Source: Octopus vulgaris
Taxonomy: Eukaryota
Length of the DNA stretch: 64,000 nucleotides
Assembly: GCA_951406725.2 (NCBI GenBank)
Contig: OX597829.1
Location: 10,168,001 to 10,232,000 of the forward strand
Reading direction: 5' to 3'
Shown one piece after another: positions 33,836 to 48,042 of this stretch. Each line of letters begins with the position of its first letter. Within the stretch, counting starts at the first letter, position 1. The notes under the pieces are model-generated. The model was given only the letters and a program-made list of their open reading frames with translations. It had not been told where the DNA came from and did no database searches. The translations under genes and the position numbers were made by a program.

Positions 33836-34601
33836 ATCAAAATTTTTTTAAAAAATATAACATATATATTTATAGATTTTTAATGCATCATGTATATACT
33901 TGCTCTTTAAATTCATCTGAAATTGGAGTCATGCTTATGGATTAAATCAACTGCTCTTACGTTTCTTAATATTATATATTTTATCTTTTGTCTCAGGTTA
34001 GGGCAAAAATTAACTTTGTGAGAGAATTTCTAATTATTCATATTCTTTCCCAAAATAATTATATATATATATATATATATATATCAGTGAGATGGGATTA
34101 AAGCAGAAGGAGCGGTCGGTAACAGCACATCTGTGAGTATATATGCATGTGTGTGTATAAAGGTTAGTGGTTCTCCGTCAGTTACAATGATGAGTAATCT
34201 AGTTGTTCCATCGTCTGAGACGCCATGACATCGACCTGCAGTTAAGTGGTTAGTATTCCACAGACCTAATTCTTCAAGTACAGAAGCATATGACAAGGCG
34301 TCGTCACAAAGAAATATTCTTGGGATAATCTTCAACAAGTTTTACATTTTACTTATTTTCACCCACAATGCTCGTGTCGATTAATAGGATATATTGTAAA
34401 AGAAGTGTGTCCAAAATGCCAGGCAATGGTATCAAAACCGAGATGCTAAGATTGCATTGAGAACTTCTTTAACGCTTGACCTCGTACCTGCATTATACTA
34501 TACTGTGTATTGTATTATATTAAATAAAGTGTAATACGGTATGCAGATAAGCAGTTCCAGTTGTTGAGTATATAAAGAGATTGGCGCTTTGTTGCTCATC
34601 T

Positions 34602-34981
34602 TTTTAAATAAGAAAATGACGAAAATGGTTAAGAATTTACGTACAGATGTTTTTATTTAACGACATTCGAATTCATACATAGATATTCCTACCTGTTTCC
34701 ATACACAGTTCTTTAATTTCAGAAATAAAATTCCGTATTCGAAACCAGTGAATTGGGTATATCCTCAGGGGAAGTTTCAAAAGGAAGTTATTTAACAACA
34801 CGTAGGCTAACCTACGACAAACTCATCCCCAATTCAATGGTTTCGAAAACGGAATTTTATTTCTGAAATTAAAGAATTGTGTATGGAAACAGCTGAATGT
34901 AGGAAATTCTATGTTTGAATTTGAATGTGTTTAAATAAAAACATCTGTACGTAAATTTGTATTAATTTTCTTATTTAAAAA
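34602..34981. repeat. Foldback inverted repeat, arms of about 150 bp
   Basis: aatttacgtacagatgtttttatttaa...gaaataaaattccg-ttcgaaacca-tgaattggg is mirrored at 34828-34981. Confidence 0.88.
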
Positions 34982-35145
34982 GGTTTATCTAAACACCTAT
35001 ACTTTTCGGTGATAATCCAATCTACTTGGTTTTCTCTGAACGCTACTATAAACCGGAAAACTAAGATTTTTCGTATCCTTTAAGGGACTTTAGTTCCTGG
35101 ATTAACTTAATTATACATACATACATACATACATACATACATACA

Positions 35146-36071
<926 letters not shown>

Positions 36072-36076
<5 letters not shown>

Positions 36077-38304
36077 TCCTCTCATATTGAGACCGCGTGG
36101 CAGCACTTTGAAAACATTGTCACCTATACATGCTCTAAACACGCTCCCAAGAAATATACTAACACAAACAGAAACCGGCTCCCTAAAAAGAAAAAAAACA
36201 CTCATCAGGCGCATCAAAAGACTCAACAAAAAAATCAACCAATTAAAATATTCCCACACACAACTTCCACATTCAACAACAATGAAAAGACTAGAGCTGG
36301 TAAAACTTCATCTGCAGACCAACATGAAAACCTCCATTGAAAATCAAAGAGCTGTGGAGGAACAATGGGTAATCAAAAACATCAAACAGAACCCAAAAGT
36401 GTTCTATTCTTATGCAAATAAGCATAGAACCACTGTCTTACCCATTGGGCCATTGATTGATGATAACGGCATTCCCCAACACGATGCTAAAGAAATGGCA
36501 GAAATACTGCAGAAACAATACTGCTCTGTCTTTAGTGTCCCCACTGATATTGACGTAAGAGAAACGAACAAAGTTGACTCCCAACACAAAATCTCAGACA
36601 TAACCTTCACTGCCACTGACATCGTAGCAGCAATAAATGAGGTCAAACATTACTCTGCTGTAGGCCCTGATAGATTTCCCGCTAGTCTCCTGAAGGAATG
36701 TAGATACCAACTTGCAGTCCCTCTGACCAACCTCTGGAGAAATTCGTTAGACGCAGGTTATATACCGAAACAGTTTCTATCCCAGTCGGTCATCCCGGTT
36801 TTCAAACAAGGAAACAGATCCCTCGCAGTCAACTATCGCCCAATCTCACTCACTCTCCCACATCATTAAAGTGTTTGAAAGAGTGTTAAGATCAAGGATA
36901 GCTGACTTCCTGGAGACCCACAAACTCCTAAATGCAAATCAGCATGGCTTTCGCTGTGGCAGGGACTGTCTAACACAGCTCTTACACCACATTGAAGATG
37001 TACTCAAAGCCTTGGGAACAGGTTCGAACTCTGACGTCATATATCTTGACTTCAGTAAAGCGTTCGACAGGGTAGACCATAATATCCTACTCTCAAAATT
37101 GGTAAATGTTGGAATCCGTGGAAAAGTTCTACACTGGATTAAGTATTTCCTGGCGAATAGAACACAACATGTTGTAGTTGATGGAGTCCACTCAAACCCA
37201 GCAAAAGTCACCAGCGGTGTTCCCCAGGGAACTGTTTTGGGTCTGCTACTCTTCATAATTTACATAAACGACCTTTCCAGTGTCGTACATTACTGCAAAG
37301 TGAAAATATTTGCTGACACTAAGCTCCAGCAAATCGTCAATGAAGAAGCAGACCGAACTCAACTCCAGTCTGATTTATATGCTGTGAGTCAATGGGCAGA
37401 CAGAAACAAAATGCAACTGAATGAGGGAAAATTTGAACTGATGCATTTTGGAAGAAATTCCTCACTAAAACAACTATACTCTCTTCCTTCAGGGGAACCG
37501 CTCACAGCCTCTAACAATATCAGAGACCTGGGTGTAATTGTTGATGACGATCTCAGTTGGAGTGCACACATCAACAAGAAGGTCGATATAGCTCGTAGGA
37601 TGAGTTCCTGGATCTTAAGAACTTTCCGGTCCAGAGAACAAGGTGTCATCATACCACTTTTTTCCTCCTTTGTACGCCACACCTTGAATACTGCTGCCCA
37701 CTGTGGTCTCCTCACACAAGACAAAACATCTCCAGAATTGAGTTACCCCAGAGGGCACTCACTAAACGAATTGAAGGCATGGCTGCTCTCGATTATTGGG
37801 ATCGCCTTAAAGCCTTGAAACTTTACTCCCTCCAGCGTCGCCGTGAGCGGTACATCATTTGTACGATGTGGAAAATATACCGCCAACTTTGCCCAAACGA
37901 CCTAAACATTAGCTTCAAGGTTCATCCAAGACTTGGACCACGGGCTATACGTCCCCTGCAATATCACAACATACATGTACACTGCAATATAATTTCTTTT
38001 CCTCAACAGGCCCTGCCCTATTTAACATTGTCCCGAGGGAGATCAAAGAGGAAAAGGCATCCCATCAACTTTAAGTCTGGATAGATTCCTTCAAAGAATA
38101 CCAGATAAGCCACCCATAATTGGATACAACTCACCCAACAAGAACTCACTACTTGAACAAAACTGGATACAACTCACCCAACAAGAACTCACTACTTGAA
38201 CAAAACTTGACTTAAACAGGATTCGAATAATCCTATCAGGTGGTTCTATTAAGTTAGACATGGCCTGGACCAATCTTTGGTCGAAACATATCTAAGTTTA
38301 TCTA

Positions 38305-38310
<6 letters not shown>
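36072..38310 (+). mobile_element. 5'-truncated CR1/L2-group LINE with frameshifted reverse transcriptase
   Basis: IKQNPKVFYSY, SAVGPD, NYRPISLT, NQHGFR, IYLDFSKAFDRVDH, SGVPQGTVLG, catalytic FADD reduced to FADT, LYSLQRRRERY. 3' hairpin gacca-atctt-tggtc and (tatctaagtt)2 tail; inserted in (TA)n. Confidence 0.9.
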
Positions 38311-38352
<42 letters not shown>

Positions 38353-38597
38353 TATGTACAGGGAGAGTTTACCTAGTGACGCAGATTTTGTTGTATATCT
38401 GAATGGTCATTATGCCAATTCTCCCGGGATAGAAACAAAATTAACCTTAATTCCTTGTACTAGATATGTCTCCCCAACCCATACAAGTGCACATACACAC
38501 ACACACGGACACACACACATAGCGTTAAACTAATACACCTGATCACTGTTCCTACACCTATCATCGTCTTTTGTTTTCTGTAAATTTGAACTATATA

Positions 38598-39750
38598 CAG
38601 GGTGGAGCAGAGAGGATGGAGTTTATGAAATGGCTATGGGAGGGACATATGTCCCATAGGTACCATTCAGTTCGTGGTGTCTTAGCTTTTTTTTTTCATT
38701 TCAGGTGAAGCTATGACGCTGTAGACAATAGAGCATTGCGTGTTTGCCACAGCAATTCAGCATGAGTTTCGGCACCGCTTCAGCATTCACTAAAATCAGG
38801 CTGTTCCCACCCGTAACACAATCTTACGTTGGGTGAATGCACTTTGTACACGAGGTACACTAATGAATAGGAGACCTGTGGGGGCGCCACGAACGGTACG
38901 GATCCTGGAAAAGCTCTGATATGGAATACAAATCGCTCTGCTCGGAGGCATTCCATTGAACTTGACATCGGTAATCGATCGGTCAGGCGTATTTTGCATG
39001 AAGACCTGTATTTCCACCCGTACAAATTAGTCTCTGGGCAACAATTGAAACCATGGGATTATGCGCAGCCAAATGACAACCTCATTTTGTTAATGAGTGA
39101 TGAAGCTCGTTTTCATCTCAATGGCTTGGTGAATCATCAGAACTGTCGTTATTGAGCTCTTGAAAATCTGAGAGAACTGCACGAAAGACCACTGCACAGC
39201 CCAAAAGTGACAGTCTGATGTGCTGGGGGAAAAGCTGCCATCATTAGTCCTTACTTATTTGAAGAGAATAATGGAAATGCTGTTACTGTAAGCTCTGAGC
39301 ATTATATCGAGAAGATAAACAACTTCTTTTTGCCTGAATTACGACGAAAACGTGTGGTTTCAGGCCCATACAGCCAGAGCTTCAATTAACGTATGCTGTC
39401 ATAAGGTATGCTGTCATTCCTTGGCCCTCTCGGTACCCTTATTTATCCATGTGTGAAGGCACGTGTTTATGCGCAAAAGCCCCGTACACCGGACGATTTG
39501 ATGGAAGCTATTCGCGTGGAAGTCGCCCAAATCGACTGAGCAATGCTGGAGAGAATAGAGTCCAACTTCCAAGAACGGGTTCAGGAATGAATCAATGAAA
39601 ACGGACACCACAAGACGGATGTTTTCCACACTTGATTTTCACAAATGCTAATTCAATACAAACACACTGATATCAATAAAATTTGTTTGCAGATAAAATT
39701 CATGATTTTTTGAATTTCTCAAAAACCTCCGTCTTCTCTGCCCCACGTTG
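38598..39750 (+). mobile_element. Decayed Tc1/mariner-superfamily DNA transposon
   Basis: TIRs cagggtggagcagagaggatggag / ctccgtcttctctgccccacgttg. Remnants SDEARFHLNGLVNHQNCRY, HERPLHSPKVTV, AHTARAS, with stops and deletions. Confidence 0.88.
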
Positions 39751-39753
39751 TGT

Positions 39754-39821
<68 letters not shown>

Positions 39822-39823
39822 TA

Positions 39824-40690
39824 GGTATGATCAATAAATATTTAGATTGTTGCTATAGTAAGGAAGCTAAAGCACGGAGAGTGAAACCTCTTCGCAAAGA
39901 CTGACCTTGAACTCCGCTGAGCTTGTGCACTAAGTTTTAACGTTCTAGCTCACTTCTGCTCACTTCTGCTATTTACATCCCAGTGCATGGAAGGAAGATG
40001 TGTAGCGTGTAATCGTTGCATTGACCATGACCGAGAATGTTGTTATGGCGATGCCTGCTCAGAGGCTAACGCAATGTTGCCGAAAGTATATGGAGAAGAG
40101 TGTATGAGCCATACATAAGTGTACAAGTAGCACAGACGTTTCCAAGATGACCGAAAGACGTCGATATTGACGAACGTTTTGGGAGGCCCACAACCAGCAG
40201 AACTGAAAAAACATCGCAGATGTGCGTGAAGCTGTGAGGGGAAATCGTCGAATCACCATCAGTGAATTATCAGAGGATGTACAGCTTAGTTACAGTTCAG
40301 TTCAGTCCATTATCACTGAAGATTTGGGTGAGACGCGTGTCTACCAAGTTTGTGTGAAAACTGTTTTTGGCTGACGAAAAAGACACTCGGGTTTCAGTTG
40401 TACAAGATCTAATTGAAAACTTTGCATAGGCCTCTGACCGGACATCGCTAAGCTTTTGGCAAAATTTGATGCAGATTCTCAACTTAACTTTCTCTGTCAT
40501 GGTCAATGCGACGATCACACGCTACACACCTCCCTTCCAAGCTCCGCTCTAAGCAGCGGAAGTAAGCTAGAACGTTAAAACTTATGCACATGCACAGCAG
40601 AGTTCAAGGTCAATCTGCACCAAGTGGGATTACTCTGCGTGCTTTAGCTTCGTTACTATATCAACAGTCCGGATGCTTATTGATCATACC
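39824..40690. mobile_element. Non-autonomous mariner derivative built from two inverted left ends
   Basis: Inverted arms of about 220 bp, each including the transposase start (MTEKVKLRICIKFCQKL on the minus strand). Internal YGEECMS...NRRITISELSEDV helix-turn-helix remnant. Confidence 0.85.
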
Positions 40691-40697
40691 ATATATA

Positions 40698-40736
<39 letters not shown>

Positions 40737-40747
40737 TAAATAGTATA

Positions 40748-40912
40748 GGCGTAGGAGTGGTTGTGTGGTAAGTAGCTTGTTTACCAACCACATGGTTCCG
40801 GGTTCAGTCCCACTGCGTGGCACCTTGGGCAAGTGTCTTCTACTATAGCCTCGGGCCGATCAAAGCCTTGTGAGTGGATTTGGTAGACGGAAACTGAAAG
40901 AAGCCCGTCGTA

Positions 40913-40958
<46 letters not shown>

Positions 40959-41176
40959 TGTGTGTTTGTGTGTCTGTGTTTGTCCCCCTAGCATTGCTTG
41001 ACAACCGATGCTGGTGTGTTTATGTCCCCGTTACATAGCGGTTCGGCAAAAGAGACAGATAGAATAAGTACTGGGCTTACAAAAAAAAAAGAATAAGTCC
41101 CGGGGTCGAGTTGCTCGATTAAAGGCGGTGCTCCAGCATGGCCGCAGTCAAATGACTGAAACAAGTAAAAAGAGAG
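40748..41176 (+). mobile_element. Major tRNA-derived SINE, full-length copy
   Basis: A box tggttgtgtggt, B box ggttcagtcc, caccttgggcaagtgtctt core, internal (TA)n, tail ...gactgaaacaagtaaaa. Confidence 0.92.
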
Positions 41177-41226
41177 TATAAGCTATAATAAATCTCTAAG
41201 CGAGGTATAATCAGTATCTGCACGAC

Positions 41227-41418
41227 ATCGAGAAGTATATTTGCCACTTAAATGTGGCTAACCCTTGAGGGTGGATGCTACGGTAGCTTGTAGCCCCAGG
41301 AAGATACTAGCCAAGAGGCAATAGCCAGCTGGAGGAGGTGTCGTCCTGGGGTTACAAGCTATAGTAGCATCAACCCTTAAGGGTTAGCCACATTTAAGTG
41401 GCAAATATACTTCTCGAT
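41227..41418. repeat. Inverted repeat, arms of about 75-85 bp
   Basis: atcgagaagtatatttgccacttaaatgtggctaaccctt...ccagga mirrored by tcctgggg...gcaaatatacttctcgat. Confidence 0.9.
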
Positions 41419-41459
41419 AAAATATATATATATGCATATATACATACATACATTACAAC

Positions 41460-41745
41460 CTACATATATATGTATATACACATGCATATATGGGTATAGG
41501 ACGTCAAAAATGTAAACAGCAAGAAAAACGAGAACATGAATTACCGCTTGAAATGCAGAGTAGATAAAGCAGTGGACAACTGGTGAAGGGGTTATTCTTT
41601 ATATCTCGTTTTTTATTTGTTTCTTTCGTTGTTCAAAAAAAGTTCGTTTCCCATGTTTTTGTAACTCATGTTCTCGTTTTTCTTGCTGTTTACGTTTTTT
41701 GACGCCCTGTACCCATATATGCATGTGTATATACACATATATGTA
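41460..41745. repeat. Inverted repeat, arms of about 85 bp
   Basis: catgcatatatgggta...gtaaacagcaagaaaaacgagaacatga-ttac mirrored at 41661-41745. Confidence 0.88.
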
Positions 41746-41849
41746 AGTATGTACATGTATGCATGTATATATTCATATATATTATTTATATTATCATATT
41801 ATCGAACGCCACGCAACCATTTCGAAGTTTTATATATATATATACATAT

Positions 41850-42515
41850 TTAAAGGGCACAATACATGTATTAATGCGCTACTAATAGCTTCATAAGTTG
41901 AGAGAACTCAAACATATTGTTCAGGCACAAACCACATATATAACGAACTAACGAAATTGAATAATAGAAGAAACGCGAAAAAACTGAGGAGGCAGCCCAT
42001 AGAAAATGCAGAAAGTAAACAACGGAAAACGGAAAATGAAAAACAGAAATTAAAATGTAAAAAGTAAAATGGTAAACGAGCTATCCTCCTTGGACCTTAA
42101 ATGATAAGGCTGGAAAGATGTCAAGTCAGTCAGGAATAGACGGAATTTTCCAATTCTCACAAAATATATTTATATATATGCATGCAACGAATGAAAATTT
42201 CTGACCTTGAGTTCAATAGAAAGTTAGGGATTTTAGATCTGAATAGGATCTGTGCTCTTTCAGCTAAACAAAACCTAGATTTATTCGATCCATTCACATA
42301 TGGTACGGATTTCTCAATTACTTTCCATTTAATCGCGTGGTCTTTCGTTATCTTTCGAACTTCATATGTATGATAGCCAACTTAGTAGCTTTACTTTTGT
42401 CCCTATTTTGGAAAGAGGTTATGTGATTGGCATAGCGATTTTTAAATTCACCTTTACATAATCCAATATAGGTCTTCTTATCAGATGTACTACTATTTAG
42501 GGTTGCAGTATGATT
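41850..42515 (-). mobile_element. 5'-truncated Penelope-like element: GIY-YIG endonuclease C-terminus and pLTR
   Basis: KTYIGLCKGEFKNRYANHITSF, then after frameshifts IKWKVIEKSVPYVNGSNKSRFCLAEK and LLNSRSEIFIRCMH. Downstream hammerhead; (TA)n on both sides. Confidence 0.88.
41875..41929 (-). ncRNA. Decayed type I hammerhead in the Penelope pLTR
   Basis: Minus strand tgtgc CTGAACA ata-tgtttgag-ttct-ctcaac-ttat GAAGC tatta GTA gcgca. Confidence 0.65.
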
Positions 42516-42759
42516 GATTTGGGTATGTTTCTCCATTTTCTCATTTTGTATATATATATATATATCTCACAGGTGCACACTTACACGTATTCACAAATCA
42601 CATACAAGCCAATAGGTGGGCTTACTCCAAGTCGCTTGATGTGCTAGAAATAGCCGCCAAATTACCAAATATCTTTCCTAGATAATTCTTGGACGATGCA
42701 CTTCTCTGAATTATTGTTATTCTGACAACTCCCACAAAAACATATAAGGGAAACGTAGC

Positions 42760-42925
42760 AAATACATAAGCAAGTATATCCCTGTAGCTTGTAGCAATCT
42801 TTCGTTAGTTGTTTCAGATGCCTATCACACCCCTATACAGAAAATACATTAGCATGTATGGCCCTGTAGCTTGTAGCAAGCTATCGCTAGTTGTTCCGGG
42901 TGCCTATCACATCCCTAGACAGAAG
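42760..42925 (+). repeat. Imperfect tandem duplication of about 83 bp
   Basis: aaatacat-agca-gtat..ccctgtagcttgtagcaa...tagttgtt-c-g-tgcctatcaca-cccta-acagaa occurs twice. Confidence 0.8.
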
Positions 42926-43977
42926 AGAACCTCGAAGATAGTATTGGATTTAGATTTTTTCGAACTGAGTAGACGAGGGCAATGTGAGAAGAAGTGGTTT
43001 GCGCGAAAGGCATCGAACCAACGACCGTAGGGTTGCGAGCCCAACACCCTAACCACTAGGGTATGCATCTCCGCAATTCATTGTCAATGTTTTAGTAAGC
43101 ACAGATGCTGGTTTCTTTTGAATTGGTAGTGATAGGCGTTCAAATAATAGACAGGTGTGGCTTTAATGCCTTTCCCGAAGGCATCAGTAGAAAATCGTTA
43201 GATTTCCAGATGCTAGAAGCTTGATTCTTGCTGTACTGCATGTATTACGCTTGTACTTTATGTGTCGCTGCTGCTGCTGCTTGGTTGTTAGTTTTGTTGT
43301 GGGTGTCGGCGTCTTTGTAGTTGGCGTCATCGACGTTGTTGATGCCGCCCTTATAGTCTTTGTTGTTACTTTCATTGATGTTGTTGTTGCTGGTGTTGGT
43401 GTTGTCATCGTTTTCGCCATTGATTTTGTTTTGTTTTTTTGTTATTGACGTCGTCGTTTCCTTTCTTTATTTTTTTCATTGTAGCTGTTCTTTTACAACT
43501 GCATATCTGCTGTTCACCACCGATGCCACCTTCCCTTTTACTCTTGTTAATGTTGTTGTATGTTATTGTTACTGCTGTAACCCCATAATACAATTATTGA
43601 TCCAAACTCTGAACAATGACATTCCAGCCGTGACTATCTATCCTGTCTGGTTTCCTAGGCCATATCCAAGGGAAGTGTAATTCATTTAACGCATTAATTA
43701 TCCTTTCCCTCACACTATAAACTACAGTCTTACGTTATTTTTCATATTCCAACTACTAAACCATGCTGGGGCATTGCCATGTAAGGGTTTTATTCTGTCA
43801 TAGCTTTTCTAGGTACAAATTTCTAATGACTAATTTTCTCTTTCATTAAATTTTTCACACAATGACATGTGTTTGACCGCTGCCTGCTGTTGTTGCTGTT
43901 GACGCAGTTGTGTGAAATATGATAAGAAAGTGGGCACTCACATACGTGTCTATGTGAATACGTATGTATATATATAC

Positions 43978-44020
<43 letters not shown>

Positions 44021-44094
44021 GGTATGTAAATACATGTATTTAGGTATGTATACGCGCATACATATGTACACAAATATATGTGTGTATAGTATAG

Positions 44095-44126
<32 letters not shown>

Positions 44127-44151
44127 CGGAGACACACACACATACATGCTG

Positions 44152-44482
44152 ATACCTCCTTCGGTCATGACTGACCATGGGATTGCACCTAGAAAGTTAC
44201 CCTCCGAGGCACAAGTCCAGACATGGTTGTCTATGGAAGGCCAGCAGTCGCCCATGCATACCAGCCTCCCTTCTCCACATCACTGATGTTATCCAAGGGA
44301 AAGGCAAAGGCCAATACAGCTTGGCGCCAGTGATGTTGCAACTCATTTCTACAGCTGAGTGAGCTGGAGCAATGTGAAATAAAGTGTCTTGCATAGGAAC
44401 ACAACACGCAGCCCGGTCCGGGATTCAAACTTACAACTTCATGATCGTAAGCTCGATGCTCTAACCACTGAGCCATGCGCCT
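44152..44482 (-). mobile_element. tRNA-derived SINE, full length, tail gcaatcccatggtc..tcatgacc
   Basis: Minus strand ggcgcatggctcagtggttagagc...gtttgaatcccgg. Another copy appears to begin at about 63984. Confidence 0.85.
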
Positions 44483-44505
44483 TCACTCATATAAGTATAT
44501 ATATG

Positions 44506-44552
<47 letters not shown>

Positions 44553-44675
44553 TTATATACACATGCACGCACACATATATATCCATGCATATTTATATAT
44601 GTGTAAGCACATGCATATATGGGTCCGTGAATATATACGTAAACACACGTACATATACATTTACATATATGTAGA

Positions 44676-44718
<43 letters not shown>

Positions 44719-45181
44719 CAAGAGGGTGCGAGAAAGAGTGAAAAAGAGACAGGCTGGTTGATACTTAAAATTTAAATTCGCTATCCGGCATATAATATAT
44801 GTCCCTAGTCCAAAGTGACAGCCGGAAGCAACGAGGATGTGGAGCGAACTTCCTAACCAATCAGCCTCCCCTGCACCTATAGGCTGTGATTCGATGAAGA
44901 TTTGGCTGTGATTTTTAAAAAGTCATATGGACATTTGGAGGGTATTCCCCATTGGTTCGTGATACTTTATAATGATTTCCCTTACATAGAAGAAATCTCG
45001 AGAGGAGAGAGATAAAGTCTGTTTGACTGAACATATGGTGTACATATCAAAGAACATATGAATTAAGTCTACGTTTGAATTCAGTGTTATTTCAATGTTT
45101 GAATGAAATGTACTTTTAGTCTTGATCTTAAATAAGTTTTGAGATTTTTCTTTCGTTTCTATGCATCAACATCAACATCAA

Positions 45182-45300
<119 letters not shown>

Positions 45301-45354
45301 CCATCACCATCACCATCATCATCATCATCACCACCACCACCACCACCACCACCA

Positions 45355-47420
45355 TATTGGCATATTCCATAGTATTGTTGCTTTCTCGTTTTCTGTGACC
45401 TTTTCTGGTGTGTGCCTATACCATCTTTTTTCTGTTGTTATTCCATAATGTTGGCATAGCTTCCAATGTATGTAGGTTCCAACTCTGTCGTGTCTGTGAA
45501 TATATTCCTTCTTAGCTAGGACTGGGCAGCCGGAGATAATATGATTTATTGTTTCTTGTCCATCTCCACATATTCTGCAGTTACTTGTTATATTACATGT
45601 TTTTGGTAATTTCTGGTGAGGAGGCTTTGGTCTTGTGCTGCAATTAAAAATCCTTCTGTCTCTGCTTTGAGTCCTGAGCTTCTTAACCATTGCTGGGATT
45701 TTTTTTGTGTATTTCTTTTGCATTTAGTTTAGTCCAGTATTTACCATGAAGGGGCTTCTCTTGCCATCGTTTTATCATGGTTCGTTGCTCTTCTATTTTT
45801 AGTTTAGATTTCATTTGTTTTATAGCTTTTCTTCTTCTTCTTCTTCTTCTTCTTCTTCTTCTTCTTCTTCTTCTTCTTCTTCTTCTTCTTCTTCTTCTTC
45901 TTCTTCTTCTTCTTCTTCTTCTTCTTCTTCTTCTTCTTCTTCTTTTTTGTTAGGTGGCATGATTTCTTGTTTGTATTTGTCAGCTTCCTTAAATATCGAG
46001 AACAATTTTTTGTTTTACTCGTGTTTTGCCGCTATTTGTATAAGTTTTTCTTGCTTCTGAAGTAGGTATTTTTGCAGTCTTATGGTGGTTATTTTATAGT
46101 AGTTTTCCAGCTTTATAAAGCCTCTACCACCTTCTATACGTTGTATATATAGCATTCCTATGTCTAATTTTGGGTGATGCATCCTAGATCCTGTCATTAT
46201 TTTTCTTGTTTTCCTATCTGTTTTGGTTAGTTCATTTAGTGTCCAGTTAAGGATATTGTAGCTGTAACTTATAAACTGGGACGGCTAAAGTGTTAAAACC
46301 TATTATTTTGTTTTTAGCATTGAGCTCTGTTTTTAGTATTATTCTAACTCGTCTATAGTATTCTTTCTTTATTTTCTCTTTCATTTGTGTGTGTTGTGTC
46401 TTATCTTGTTCATGGATTCCTAAATATTTGTAAGTTTGGCTTTGGTCTAATTCTCTTATTTTATTGGCTTTATCTAGTGTGATGTTGCTACTCTTAACTA
46501 GTTTTCCTCTTATCAGGGTTACTTTGGCGCATTTCTCTAATCCAAATTTCATATCTATTTCTTTGGTAAATCCATGAACTGTCTTTAGTAGTGCTTCCAG
46601 CTGTTTGTCAATTGTAGCGAATAGTTTTAGGTCATCCATATACAAAAGGTGGTTGATCGTTTTGCCGTAACATTTGTATCTGCATCCAGTTCTATTTAGC
46701 ATATCAGATAGAGGTGTCAGTGCCAAGCAGAAAAGGAGTGGAGAGAGCGTGTCTCCCTGGAATATTCCTCTTCTAATGGAGATAGCTTTGGTTTTCACGG
46801 GTCCCTCTTTGGTTTGGAGCTGTAGCACTGTCTGCCATTTATTCATAGTGTTCTATGTATTTTATAATTGTTTGTGCTACCTTGTTAATGGCTAGTGTTT
46901 CGAATGCTGGGGAATGCTGTCAAACGCCTTTCGGTAGTCGATCCAGGCCAGACTTAGGCCCTTCTTCTTTCTGCGGCTGTCTTCAGTTATGGCTTTATTG
47001 ATCATTAGTTCATCTTTACAGCCACCTGAGCCCTTGCGGCATCCTTTCTGCTCTTCTGGAAACAGGTTGTTTTCGTCCAGGTGCTTGTTCAATCTTTGCG
47101 ATATTACTGCAGTAAAGGCTTTGTACATTGTAGGGAGAAAGATTATAGGTCTGTAGTTTTCTGGTTTTTCCGTTACATTGGATTTGGGAATTAAGATGGT
47201 TTTCCCTTTCGTGAGCCATGCAGGCATTGTCTCTGGCTCTGCCAGTATGTTGTTAAAGTTTTCGGCCAGCTTTTTGTGCATTCCTGTCAGATATTTCAAC
47301 CAGAAGTTGGGGATCTTGTCGTGCCCAGGTGCCTTCCAGTTACTTAGTCTTTACAGTGCCTGGGTGACCTCTTCAGTTGTTATGGGAGTGCAGAGTTGCT
47401 CAGATGCTAAGTTTGTTGTT
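45355..47420 (-). mobile_element. Dong/R4-like RLE LINE, family B: RT, thumb and CCHC; frameshifted, 3' end missing
   Basis: NWKAPGHD, NYRPI, EEQKGC, WIDYRKAFDS, RGIFQGDTLSPLLFC, HLLYMDDLKLF, KFGLEKC, YKYLG, CRICGDGQETINHIISGC, RHD. Confidence 0.93.
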
Positions 47421-47862
47421 TTAATATCTAAGGCCACAGTTTTAGCACGGGTTTTCATGCGCTTAGCTTTTTCTGTGCTTGTTTCTTGTATGTCTAATTC
47501 CGAAATTTGTTGTATTCGAAATTCACTTAGACATCTCTTTGCCTGTTTTGTTACTGAGTATGATGCTCTCTTGTTTTCATGTTTTGAGACAAGTTTTAAC
47601 ATCCAATCCTCAGAGTTTTTCAGGTAGGTATCTAGGCCAATTGTAGCAATCTTCATTGTTATTGCCAATTGTAAAAGTCCACGGCCTCCCTCTTTTCTTG
47701 GCAGATAAAGTCGTTCTGTACCTTTTTTGCAAAGAGCTTTAAATCAACCATGTAAATGAGATGATTTATATTTTTATCAAACATTTTATATCCGTACTGC
47801 GCGTCATTGAGCAATTTTGAGAGAGGTATTAACGCTAAACAAAAGAGGAGTGGTGATAGTGA
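47421..47862 (-). mobile_element. Dong/R4-like family A fragments (RT core joined by deletion to the post-RT region)
   Basis: SLSPLLFCLALIPLS...HLIYMVDLKLF, then LDIQETSTEKAKRMKTRA matching 11925-12010. Confidence 0.85.

Positions 47863-48042
<180 letters not shown>

Noticed and set aside
38121-38206. 43-bp tandem duplication resembling a CRISPR repeat pair
   Set aside because: No spacer; a local duplication within a LINE in eukaryotic DNA.
38250-38300. Hammerhead-like ggtcGAAAC at the CR1/L2-group LINE 3' end
   Set aside because: No CUGANGA core; better explained as the LINE 3' stem-loop.
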